A stretch of DNA of 64,000 nucleotides, taken from assembly GCA_015059485.1 (NCBI GenBank), contig SVAH01000003.1:57627-121626 (forward strand). Reading direction: 5' to 3'. The notes under the pieces were generated by a model. It was not told where the DNA came from, searched no databases, and saw only the letters and a program-made list of their open reading frames with translations. Numbering within the stretch: position 1 is the stretch's first letter; each line of letters starts with the position of its first letter. Positions 30,489 through 39,487 of this stretch are shown here, piece after piece. Both the position numbers and the translations under genes were made by a program. Origin of the DNA: Bacillota bacterium. GTDB taxonomy: Bacteria > Bacillota_I > Bacilli_A > RF39 > UBA660.

Positions 30489-31718
30489 TTATCTTTTTAA
30501 ATCTCTAATTTCTTGCGGAATTTCCTCTATAGTTTGATTAATTTGGGTGCCAATATTATTAACCTGATTAAATAATAATCTAAATTGTTGTTCATATATT
30601 TGCAACTTTTGTAATTGTTCTTTTAACTGTTCATTTTCTAATTTTAAGTCTTCATTTTCTACTCTTTGATGTTGAAGTACTTCTTTAATATTCTCTAATT
30701 CTTTTCTATATTTATCTTTATCTTCAACAACTTTACTAAATTCTCCTTTTGAATATAAATCAACTTTTGAAGATGATAAATGTATGTCATTATGTTCTTT
30801 TACTAATTCAATTATAGATATATCTAATTTTTCAAGTTCTTCTTCTTCCAAATTTATTATTATATTATTGCTAATTGCATAACTTATTTTTTCGAATATA
30901 ATTTCTAGTTCTTTACTTTGAATTCTATTATTTGAAATGAATTTTGATAAGTATTTCATTTGATATATATGATTTTTTATTGTATTAGGTATTGCTCCAG
31001 TCATATTTTGATAACTATATAAAATTTCAAGTAATCTATATGTATCTATATTTTTAACTATAAATTCACCAGTATATCCATTATAAGGATTATTAATTAC
31101 TGATTTACTAACATAAGTTATTTCTTGGCCGTTCAATAATCCATATAATTGTTCCTCTTTGATTACTCTAGTAGTTTGAGGTATATAAATACAATTATCA
31201 TATTCTTCATTTTGCCTTACAAGCCCTAAAAGAATAATATTATCATTTTCATCTTTTGAGGCTAAATAATAGTCAGCAGTTAAACCATCTACTTTTTTTT
31301 CAGTATAATTTTTAGATCTATCGTATTTGCAAACAAATTCGTATTTCAAAATATTTGGATTATCTATTTGTTTTTTAAAAGCATCTATTTTATCGTCAAT
31401 ATATGTTGAAAATACTGACCCAAAGCCGTTAAACTTTTCAATAGCATTATAAGTTCCATATGAATCATTAATTAGTTCTTTTAAAGCTCCGTATGAATCT
31501 GTTGATTTTACTATTTTATTACTTATTAGTATTTGCGTATTTACTCCTAATAAATGTGCAATATTATGATTAGTTACAGTATAATTTATTACATCTCCAT
31601 TTGCCAAGTACATTTTAATTCTATTATTTCTAGTTATACTATTCTCATAATATTCAACCATTTCTTTTAATTTTTCTATTAAACAATCATAATTGGCTCT
31701 TATTTTTAAATTTGACAT
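30489..31718 (-). CDS. hypothetical cytoplasmic protein with C-terminal coiled coil
   Basis: No TM. Globular N-terminal 300 aa (contains TNHNIAHLLGV). The C-terminal 90 aa has a heptad-rich coiled coil (ELENIKEVLQHQRVENEDLKLENEQLKEQLQKLQ). Confidence 0.5.
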   Translation of the reverse strand: MSNLKIRANYDCLIEKLKEMVEYYENSITRNNRIKMYLANGDVINYTVTNHNIAHLLGVNTQILISNKIVKSTDSYGALKELINDSYGTYNAIEKFNGFGSVFSTYIDDKIDAFKKQIDNPNILKYEFVCKYDRSKNYTEKKVDGLTADYYLASKDENDNIILLGLVRQNEEYDNCIYIPQTTRVIKEEQLYGLLNGQEITYVSKSVINNPYNGYTGEFIVKNIDTYRLLEILYSYQNMTGAIPNTIKNHIYQMKYLSKFISNNRIQSKELEIIFEKISYAISNNIIINLEEEELEKLDISIIELVKEHNDIHLSSSKVDLYSKGEFSKVVEDKDKYRKELENIKEVLQHQRVENEDLKLENEQLKEQLQKLQIYEQQFRLLFNQVNNIGTQINQTIEEIPQEIRDLKR

Positions 31719-31736
31719 TTTTTATTCACCCCTAAA

Positions 31737-32720
31737 TTATTTTATCTTACTTAATACTAATTCATCATGTTTATAACTATTATACTTCATACATATACTA
31801 TCCATATCATATGTAAGTACTGGTATTCCGTATCTATCTAAAGCTTCCATTATTTCTTTACCATACTTATTAGTCATTTCTTCATATTTAGAACTATTAA
31901 TTGTTATTAAACCTCTGTCAACTACATAACCTAATGGTTCTATATTGATTATATCTAGTATATCATTAAAATTTGTTGATATTTGTTGACCATTTATTTC
32001 TTGTATTTTTCCAATTATTATTGTAGAACCATTTTCTGAATAAATTAGGTTAATACTATCTTTATTGTATATACCTGTTTTTTTAGAATTAGTTAGACAT
32101 ATTGTGTCGTTAAATTCGTCATTAAACTCTGAATTAATTAAATCTAAATCATCTTCTGAAATTTTCTTATTATATTTAGCTAAACAACTATTATATTTAA
32201 ATAATGTCTGTTCAGTGATTGTCATTGATATAATTTCATTATATATTTTATTTATATCTTCTGAATCAAATACATATAATAATTCATTACCAGATATTGT
32301 TTTAGATGTATCTATAGAAACAGGTTTAATTTTAAAATCTTCTAAATAATATCTTAAATCACATATTGGGTATAAATCTACACTTCCATCATTAATTAAT
32401 TCTATTCCAGTTAAGTAATCAACTGTTGGATTATCTGGATTTACAATCACTATTTTTTCATTATTATACTTGTATACTTTATAATCTAATGAAACTACTA
32501 ATGTTTCTTGTTGATTCTTTATTTCAATAATTGAATATTTTTTTATAAGATCATTAAACTTATCGTCACTAATTTCAAATTTTTTTTCTTCTTCCATTTT
32601 ATTTTCTGAAATAGTTACTTGTTCAGTATTATTTACTTTATTTCCACATCCATTTAAAGATGATGCCATCATTGATAATGATAAGCCTGTTAGCATTGCA
32701 TATTTTTTTATATTATTCAT
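31737..32720 (-). CDS. lipoprotein, function unknown
   Basis: The ATG at 32720 is preceded by AGGAGGG. The signal peptide ends in the lipobox SLNGC. The longer track ORF start has no RBS. Confidence 0.65.
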   Translation of the reverse strand: MNNIKKYAMLTGLSLSMMASSLNGCGNKVNNTEQVTISENKMEEEKKFEISDDKFNDLIKKYSIIEIKNQQETLVVSLDYKVYKYNNEKIVIVNPDNPTVDYLTGIELINDGSVDLYPICDLRYYLEDFKIKPVSIDTSKTISGNELLYVFDSEDINKIYNEIISMTITEQTLFKYNSCLAKYNKKISEDDLDLINSEFNDEFNDTICLTNSKKTGIYNKDSINLIYSENGSTIIIGKIQEINGQQISTNFNDILDIINIEPLGYVVDRGLITINSSKYEEMTNKYGKEIMEALDRYGIPVLTYDMDSICMKYNSYKHDELVLSKIK

Positions 32721-32796
32721 ACCAATCCCTCCTAAAAATAAATAAAAACCCCATTTGATGGGGCATATAATAACATATTTGTTAAAAAAAATCAAA

Positions 32797-34263
32797 TCAG
32801 TATTTCTTAAACAAAACATATTTTTCGTTTTCTTCCATTATAATTGCAAAATCATTATCTTTGATTAAATAATAATATATTGGCGTGTTTTTAAAAACTA
32901 AAGCATAATCAATATTATATATATCAAATATAAATTTATATGATTGATAATCTTCTACTTTAATATAGTCATTCATTATATCTTTACCACCATTAAATTC
33001 TTTAATATATACTTCTGCTCTAGAATCAATAAAGACTTTAATATTATTAAATTCTAAAAATGAACCATAGTTAAATTCATTAAATAATCTTATATTTTTG
33101 TAATCTAAATTATTTTTTATATATTTTACTGTATTAACAGGATATTCTTTTTTCTCATTATAATCAAAACTTTTTAAATTCATATTATTAATTAATAATG
33201 AAAAAATAATTATTAATGCAATATTCATAATAACTAGTTGATATTTTTTTAATTTTATACAATTTAACTTGTTTATAACTATATAATTACTTATAATTAT
33301 CCCAATAATTGTAGGAACTATTAAAAGAAAATATGATGTGTGTCTATTTGCAAGAAAAGCTAATATTGAAAGTCCAAATATATAACAAACATCTCTTACT
33401 CTTATTTTAATATTCAATAAAGTTACTATAATAACTGAAAATAGTAAAATTACTAAATATGATGTGTTATTAACTAATACTGTTTTTTGCATTTCAACTA
33501 TTATTTCATAACATTTATTTCCAATTGTTTTTATAAAAAAGGTATATGGTAATAATTTATATGGTGATAATATTCCCACCGATAATGATAATAAAAACGT
33601 AAATACAAATAATTTTTTATTTTTAGAAGAATTATATATTATTTTTTTAGAGATAATTTCATTTAATTTTGTTTTTTTCAAATCGCTTAATATTTGTTCC
33701 ATAAAGAATGGCAGAAACAATACTGGATATATTATCCATACTGACATATGTAAATTAACTAACAAGACAGATAATAAAATCAAATAAATAGAATATTTCA
33801 CTTTACCAGTATCATATAAACGATTTAAAAAATAAAATTCTAAATAAAAAATTATATATGAAAGGCTTTGAACTCTAGTAGTATAAAATATTCTCATATT
33901 AAGTAGTGTCAATAAACTTATAAGAAGTGAAATAATTTTATTATCAATATACTTATTAACAACATAAAAAATTAAAAATCCAAGTAATATATATAATGAT
34001 AAATAAAATATAAAGAGACTACTAAAAGATTTAATACTAAATATAAATAAAATTATTAAATTATACAAGTAATGATTATTAACATATTTTAAGCCTTCAA
34101 TAAAACTAAAATGATCTTTAAAATCTAAACCATATTTTAATAAATAATCTCCAGATTTTAAATCAAAGTATAAATCATTTTGACTCGTTTTTGGTATTAA
34201 CAGTAGGCATATTATCATTATTATTAATGTATAAGGTAAAATTTTTAATATTTTATTTTTCAT
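32797..34263 (-). CDS. polytopic membrane protein, GT-C-like putative glycosyltransferase
   Basis: About 11 TMs. The first-loop motif DLYFDLKSGDYLL..G...KDHFSF......YVNNHYL resembles the acidic first-loop motif of GT-C/PMT-like enzymes. Confidence 0.45.
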   Translation of the reverse strand: MKNKILKILPYTLIIMIICLLLIPKTSQNDLYFDLKSGDYLLKYGLDFKDHFSFIEGLKYVNNHYLYNLIILFIFSIKSFSSLFIFYLSLYILLGFLIFYVVNKYIDNKIISLLISLLTLLNMRIFYTTRVQSLSYIIFYLEFYFLNRLYDTGKVKYSIYLILLSVLLVNLHMSVWIIYPVLFLPFFMEQILSDLKKTKLNEIISKKIIYNSSKNKKLFVFTFLLSLSVGILSPYKLLPYTFFIKTIGNKCYEIIVEMQKTVLVNNTSYLVILLFSVIIVTLLNIKIRVRDVCYIFGLSILAFLANRHTSYFLLIVPTIIGIIISNYIVINKLNCIKLKKYQLVIMNIALIIIFSLLINNMNLKSFDYNEKKEYPVNTVKYIKNNLDYKNIRLFNEFNYGSFLEFNNIKVFIDSRAEVYIKEFNGGKDIMNDYIKVEDYQSYKFIFDIYNIDYALVFKNTPIYYYLIKDNDFAIIMEENEKYVLFKKY

Positions 34264-34473
34264 ATCATCACCATCTTAATAAATTATATCATCAATTTAT
34301 TGATTAAAGATTTTTTTTATTTAACATTGTACAAATTTCTAAGATATCAGATATTACTAAAATGCTTATGTATAGTGTAATGATATCAACTGTTTTTTGT
34401 GTATCAATTACTTGACTTTTATTTATATAAGAAATAAAATTTATTATATATTAAAATAAATTTTGGAGGATTT

Positions 34474-35295
34474 ATGATTAAGTATATTCAACAATATAGA
34501 GAAAAATTATTATTAATTATTGCTGCTTTAATATTTGTTATTATATTTATTTATAGTGGATTTAATATTTTAATATGGCATTATGATAATAAGAAAATTG
34601 ATAAACAAGTAGAAGTTATATTTAAAAAAACAAATATAAATGAAGTTAAAGATAATAAAAATACTGAAATAATTGAAAATAAAGTAGACAAAAGTGATCC
34701 GTATTGGGATTATATAAAAATGAATTTAATAAATGTTGATTTTTATGAATTAAAAACACAAAATAAAGATACTGTTGGATGGATACAAGTTAATGGTACT
34801 AATATTAATTATCCATATGTTCAAACTAACAATAATGATTTTTATCTTAATCATCAATTTGACAAAAAATCAAATGGTGGTGGTTGGGTATTCTTAGATT
34901 ATCGTAATAATTCTAGAGATTTTGATAAAAACACGATTATATATGCTCATGGAAGACAAAATAAAACAATGTTTGGAAGTTTAAAAAATATACTAAATAG
35001 TGGTTGGACAAATAATACAAATAATTATGTGATTAAACTATCTACTGAAACAGAAAATACTTTATGGCAAGTTTTTAGTGTATATAGAATTCCTACTACT
35101 AGTGATTATTTGCAAATTTATTTTAATAGTGATGATGAATTTGAAAGATTCTCTAATATGTTGAAAGATAGAAGTAATTTTAATTTTAATACATCTGTTA
35201 ATGGCAATGATAAAATACTAACGTTATCTACTTGTTATAATAACGATGATAAAGTAGTACTTCATGCAAAACTTATAAAAAAAGAAACTCGTTAA
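34474..35295 (+). CDS. srtB: class B sortase
   Basis: N-terminal TM, VGWIQVNGTNINYPYVQTNNNDFYLNH, IIYAHG and the catalytic TLSTC motif. Confidence 0.85.
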   Translation: MIKYIQQYREKLLLIIAALIFVIIFIYSGFNILIWHYDNKKIDKQVEVIFKKTNINEVKDNKNTEIIENKVDKSDPYWDYIKMNLINVDFYELKTQNKDTVGWIQVNGTNINYPYVQTNNNDFYLNHQFDKKSNGGGWVFLDYRNNSRDFDKNTIIYAHGRQNKTMFGSLKNILNSGWTNNTNNYVIKLSTETENTLWQVFSVYRIPTTSDYLQIYFNSDDEFERFSNMLKDRSNFNFNTSVNGNDKILTLSTCYNNDDKVVLHAKLIKKETR

Positions 35296-35675
35296 TTAAA
35301 AGCGAGTTCTACATTTAAATCTTCATCAGTTAATGCAATATATAAAAATATTAAACCACTTATAAAGATTAAAAGTGAGGCAAAGAAAGATAAAAATAAT
35401 AAATCTTTCTTTTTCTTTGGATCAAATGGATTAATTGATTTTAAAGAATTAAAAGAATCTTTTAAAAAGTATAAATAAACTATTACTAAAATAGAAAATA
35501 TTATTATCATAATAGTTCTATATTTTTTCTTACTTTCTTCATTTTTATATACAAAATAATTTCTTTCTAAACTATTTGAATACCAACTAAGAAATATTAT
35601 TCCTATATATATTAACCATATATAATCTTCTATTTTAAGTTGATTTAATTTTTCTTTTAATCCATCATAATCCAT
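35292..35675 (-). CDS. hypothetical three-TM membrane protein
   Basis: Three hydrophobic helices. Its end overlaps the srtB stop convergently by 4 nt. No family recognised. Confidence 0.45.
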   Translation of the reverse strand: MDYDGLKEKLNQLKIEDYIWLIYIGIIFLSWYSNSLERNYFVYKNEESKKKYRTIMIIIFSILVIVYLYFLKDSFNSLKSINPFDPKKKKDLLFLSFFASLLIFISGLIFLYIALTDEDLNVELAFN

Positions 35676-35693
35676 ATTACATTTTATGATTCA

Positions 35694-37322
35694 TTAATTA
35701 TTATTTATTCTTTTTAGTACGCTACCTTGTTCATTAGTATATCCAAAGCTACCTTTTATAGCAGCTATTTGTTTAATTAGTTCACTTTGTAAAGCCAAAG
35801 CTTTTCTTTCATAATCATTAATTACTTCTTTTATTTGTTCATCTTGTCTTTTTCTCTCTTCTAATTCTTTTTTAGTAGACTCTAAAATACTTCTTTTTTC
35901 TTCTATTTCTTTATCTAAATCACTTATTTGATCTACTTTTTGTTTTTCTTCTGGTGTGATACTTATTGTTCCATCATTTGGTCTAAATATATTAACATTT
36001 CCTATAGTTTCATCTCTTTTAATTATTATTCCACCAGTCTTTTTAAATGATTCATCAATGTTTTCTTGAGCATATGCTTCAATTACATCTTCATCCATTT
36101 CTTCATAATTTTCAGGTAAAGATTTTATAAGATCTAATCTTTCTCCCCTATTTATAAAGCAAGTATAAAATTTTCCACCTTCTACTGGGCTTTTCTTACT
36201 AGGAAGAAGATATAAATTAACGTTGCTTGATGATTTTTTTATAAATTCTTTTTCTTTTTTAAAAAAGTAATTCATTTCTTCTACCAAATAATATGTTTTA
36301 GGTAAATTTGATAATTTATTATATAGTAATTTGAATGCATCTTTTTTATCTGGATATTTTGAAATAATAATATTTTCAAGTTCATTTATTACTACTTCAT
36401 CTTCAAACTTGTACCCCATTAATAATAATTTAGCAAGTTGTCTTAAATCTTCTCCTTTTATTCTATTATCATTAGAATATATTGTTGCATTTCCACTTAA
36501 ATATGTAGTTAGTGATGATGGAACTATATAATCAGGTAATTGGGATATTCTTTTAGCATTTTTTATAGCTTCCATTGTATATTCATGATCGTTCTTATAA
36601 ATAAATTCTTTTCTTTTTTCTTTTGCAGACATTTCTTCTAATATATAATCTATTTCATAATCAGAAATTAATGCTCCAAATATTTGTTCTTTTGTTTTTT
36701 CAACTTTATCTAGTGGTATATTAGTTTTAAACACAATATTGTCAATTGTTGTTTTTATTTCTTCAATTTCTGCTCCATTTAAATATGCACTAGTTAATTC
36801 TTTTATATCATTCGTTTTATATTTTTTATAAAAATCATTACTATTAACTGCTTTTAATAAATGTCTATTTAATTCTGATAACCCTACTTTAGGTAAATCT
36901 TTTAATTCAAAACACATATTTATTGATTTAATAACTTCTTCATGTGCTTTTTTCTTAGTTTCTTTTTCTATTTCATATAATTTTTGATTTTTTAAACTTA
37001 TTTCTTGTAATAAGTTATCTATTGTTCCTTCATTTACTATTTCTACGTATTTTTTTTCGATTTCTTTTAATTCTACATTTGGATAGTTTTCTTTAACTAT
37101 ACTGATAAAATCTTCTCTTACGTCAGGTGATATAAATGTACAGTGATTTAATATAGACGTTAAAATTTTCTTTATATTAGCCCTATTCATTTTTCTTTTA
37201 TATTTTAATTTTTCTTGAAGATATAAAACTATATTTATAAATGATATATCTAATAGTTCTTCTTCGCTTGTTGATTCTATTATCTTTTTCAAAACCTTAT
37301 TATGTCTTTCTGTTTCAGTCAT
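35694..37322 (-). CDS. hypothetical cytoplasmic protein, 542 aa, C-terminal coiled coil
   Basis: No TM and no motif I recognise. C-terminal DKEIEEKRSILESTKKELEERKRQDEQIKEVINDYERKALALQSEL coiled coil. AAGAGG RBS. Confidence 0.5.
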   Translation of the reverse strand: MTETERHNKVLKKIIESTSEEELLDISFINIVLYLQEKLKYKRKMNRANIKKILTSILNHCTFISPDVREDFISIVKENYPNVELKEIEKKYVEIVNEGTIDNLLQEISLKNQKLYEIEKETKKKAHEEVIKSINMCFELKDLPKVGLSELNRHLLKAVNSNDFYKKYKTNDIKELTSAYLNGAEIEEIKTTIDNIVFKTNIPLDKVEKTKEQIFGALISDYEIDYILEEMSAKEKRKEFIYKNDHEYTMEAIKNAKRISQLPDYIVPSSLTTYLSGNATIYSNDNRIKGEDLRQLAKLLLMGYKFEDEVVINELENIIISKYPDKKDAFKLLYNKLSNLPKTYYLVEEMNYFFKKEKEFIKKSSSNVNLYLLPSKKSPVEGGKFYTCFINRGERLDLIKSLPENYEEMDEDVIEAYAQENIDESFKKTGGIIIKRDETIGNVNIFRPNDGTISITPEEKQKVDQISDLDKEIEEKRSILESTKKELEERKRQDEQIKEVINDYERKALALQSELIKQIAAIKGSFGYTNEQGSVLKRINNN

Positions 37323-37323
37323 T

Positions 37324-37470
37324 TTAATACCTCTTTTCTAAAAAAATAGTAAAACTATTATAGTACACATAACTCATAAATTCTAATTTATTACTATTCA
37401 ATATTATTTTAGTAATTACCAATAAAAATATTATTACTAAAGAAGGAATATATAATAATTTTTTCTTCAT
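37324..37470 (-). CDS. possible 48-aa single-TM micro-protein (below the track threshold)
   Basis: Hand translation MKKKLLYIPSLVIIFLLVITKIILNSNKLEFMSYVYYNSFTIFLEKRY. Its stop lies 1 nt before the ATG of the 542-aa gene, and its last codons contain that gene's RBS. Its own RBS is weak. Confidence 0.3.
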   Translation of the reverse strand: MKKKLLYIPSLVIIFLLVITKIILNSNKLEFMSYVYYNSFTIFLEKRY

Positions 37471-37491
37471 CTCAGTACCTATTTTTTTTAA

Positions 37492-37884
37492 TTAAAAATT
37501 AATTACTTTTGGTTCTTCTGTAAATGAATATATTGTTGCTATTCCTGATTCAAAGTATAAAACTATAGTATTATCATCATTTTCATTATACATTCCTCTT
37601 AAGTTAGGATTTTTATCTAGCATATCTTTCTTTGCTTCTTTTCTATTATCTACTTGTAAATTTCCTGCTACTCTTATCCACTTTCCATCTATATATCCAC
37701 ATAATTCAACATTATTATTTTTTTCAATTTGCTTAAATACATCTTTTTTCTTACCCGTTTGAATATATAAATGATCCTCAAATATTTCTGCTGTACCAAA
37801 TGGTCTAACTTTAGGTTTATTTCCATCAACAGTCGCTAAATAATATATCCCACATTTTTTTAAAAATTCTTGAACTTCTTTCAT
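37492..37884 (-). CDS. pyridoxamine 5-prime-phosphate oxidase-like FMN-binding protein
   Basis: YYLATVDGNKPKVRPFG...LYIQTGKKKDVFKQIEKNNNVELC fits the PNPOx-like split-barrel pattern. AAGGAG RBS before the ATG at 37884. Confidence 0.55.
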   Translation of the reverse strand: MKEVQEFLKKCGIYYLATVDGNKPKVRPFGTAEIFEDHLYIQTGKKKDVFKQIEKNNNVELCGYIDGKWIRVAGNLQVDNRKEAKKDMLDKNPNLRGMYNENDDNTIVLYFESGIATIYSFTEEPKVINF

Positions 37885-37907
37885 CTTTATTCTCCTTTTC
37901 AACATAT

Positions 37908-38459
37908 TTAATTTATCTTACTAATTTCCTCTATAAATTTATTTAAAGAGTGATACCATTCAAATATACCTTTTTTTCTAGTAGCATATTTTTGAAATTC
38001 TTCTTCATTATATTTGTTTTTTAGTTTCCATCTATTTAATAATCTTTGATAACATGTATTAATACTTGTTCTCATAACTATTACTTTTCCTTTTAAAATA
38101 GAATAGTCTTTTATATTTCTATATTGTGCTGAATCAATAACTAATGTTTTATTACTATCTTTGAAATAATCTAATACTTTTAAATAAAATTCATCAAAAT
38201 TAGCAATCAAATAATCTTTTTGTTTATCACTAAAAATAGTTCTTAATTCAACACTTTCTAGATTGGCTGATAGTTTATTACTAAATACTATATCTGTATC
38301 TATCACTATATAATTATCATCTTTAATGTATTTATCGCTAAAAAAAGATTTTCCTGATCCAGATTCACCCGTAATATTAATTATTTTATCATCAGTTATA
38401 TTTTTTATATATGGATCCTTATCAATATTTAAATCTATATAAATTGATTTTTCAATCAT
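37908..38459 (-). CDS. P-loop NTPase / small kinase-like protein
   Basis: Walker A ITGESGSGKSF and Walker B-like LVIDSAQ. Size and layout resemble nucleotide/zeta-type kinases. Confidence 0.5.
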   Translation of the reverse strand: MIEKSIYIDLNIDKDPYIKNITDDKIINITGESGSGKSFFSDKYIKDDNYIVIDTDIVFSNKLSANLESVELRTIFSDKQKDYLIANFDEFYLKVLDYFKDSNKTLVIDSAQYRNIKDYSILKGKVIVMRTSINTCYQRLLNRWKLKNKYNEEEFQKYATRKKGIFEWYHSLNKFIEEISKIN

Positions 38460-38489
38460 ATAATCACTCTCCTTTTATATTATATCATA

Positions 38490-38513
38490 AGAAAAAGTCT
38501 TCGATGAAGACTT
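38490..38513 (-). terminator. intrinsic terminator of ssrA
   Basis: Minus strand reads AAGTCTTC-atc-GAAGACTT followed by TTTTCTT, about 12 nt after the tmRNA CCA end. Confidence 0.7.
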
Positions 38514-38525
38514 AATTATCAAATT

Positions 38526-38882
38526 TGGTGGAGTAGATGGGAGTCGAACCCATGTCCATAATACCCTATTATACAACGTCTACAAGTTTAGTGAGATTTA
38601 TTATTTAATTATATTACTGGCTATCACGTACCTATAATATAACGAGTTTAGTAAGTATTCATTAATTTACCTAAACAATAAATTAGTATATCCTATATAG
38701 TTAAACCTTTATAATTCCCTATAGGAGAAGGTCTTATAAAAGTGCTCCTACCTATCTATTAGGCAAATGCTGGAGCAAAGCTATAATCAGCTTTGTCATT
38801 TAATTTTATTTGTGCATTTAAAGTATGCCTACTACTTGCAGTCATATCTAGTAGTACATGTCGAAACCAATAAAACTACCCC
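38526..38882 (-). ncRNA. ssrA: tmRNA (transfer-messenger RNA)
   Basis: The 5-prime end GGGGTAGTTTTATTGGTTTCGACATG and the 3-prime end GGGTTCGACTCCCATCTACTCCACCA form the tRNA-like domain. Internal tag ORF at 38815-38762: GCA CAA ATA AAA ... GCA TTT GCC TAA TAG = AQIKLNDKADYSFAPAFA. Confidence 0.92.
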
Positions 38883-38931
38883 ATATGTATCAGTATTTTA
38901 TCATAAATTTAAAAAAAAAGATAGATATTTC

Positions 38932-38961
38932 TTGACTTTATAAGTGTTTTATTAGTATAAT
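38932..38961 (+). promoter_or_regulatory. sigma-A promoter of rpmH (TTGACT-18-TATAAT)
   Basis: TTGACT at 38932-38937 and TATAAT at 38956-38961, about 34 nt upstream of the rpmH ATG, which has a GGAGGGG RBS. Confidence 0.55.
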
Positions 38962-38994
38962 AACCATGCAATTTAGATTGGAGGGGCAAGACCT

Positions 38995-39117
38995 ATGAAA
39001 AGAACTTATCAACCAAATAAGAGAAAAAAGGCTAAGAAACATGGATTCTTTGCACGTAAAGAAGGTAAAGTTTTAAAAAATAGAAGAAAAAAAGGACGTA
39101 AAGTATTATGTAAGTAA
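38995..39117 (+). CDS. rpmH: 50S ribosomal protein L34 (40 aa; not in the ORF track)
   Basis: Hand translation [50 protein letters not shown]. Immediately upstream of rnpA. Confidence 0.9.
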   Translation: MKRTYQPNKRKKAKKHGFFARKEGKVLKNRRKKGRKVLCK

Positions 39118-39142
39118 TCACATCTAAAAATGTGATTTTTTT
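39117..39142 (+). terminator. hairpin + T-run between rpmH and rnpA (partial terminator/attenuator)
   Basis: ATCACAT-ctaaaa-ATGTGAT followed by TTTTTTT, starting at the rpmH stop codon. Confidence 0.5.
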
Positions 39143-39160
39143 GTAAAAAAGGGTAAGATT

Positions 39161-39487
39161 ATGAAGAAATATGAAGTTGTGAAAGAAAAAAGAATATTTG
39201 ATAAAATCATAAAAGAAAGTAAATTTGTTAAAAATGAAACTTTTGTTATCTATTATGAAGAACATAGTGAAAATTTTCCAAAATTTGGAGTAGCTGTTGG
39301 TAAAAAAATAGGTAATGCAGTTACACGTAATAAATATAAGAGAATTATAAGAAATTTAATAGATAGTAATAAATTTTTATTTAAAAATACTTATGATTAT
39401 ATTATAATAATAAAGAAAAGTTGTTTAAACAAGTCATATAATGAATTAAATGATAGTTTAAACCAATTAATAAAGGAGAAGCTATGA
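39161..39487 (+). CDS. rnpA: ribonuclease P protein component
   Basis: Basic 108-aa protein with RNR-like motif KIGNAVTRNKYKRIIRN. Position rpmH-rnpA-yidC. Confidence 0.9.
   Translation: MKKYEVVKEKRIFDKIIKESKFVKNETFVIYYEEHSENFPKFGVAVGKKIGNAVTRNKYKRIIRNLIDSNKFLFKNTYDYIIIIKKSCLNKSYNELNDSLNQLIKEKL

Noticed and set aside
28619-38525. Classical genomic island integrated at ssrA
   Set aside because: There is no integrase, recombinase or phage gene, and I could not spot a direct repeat of the ssrA 3-prime end. The composition matches the rest of the window. The content is accessory but not demonstrably mobile.
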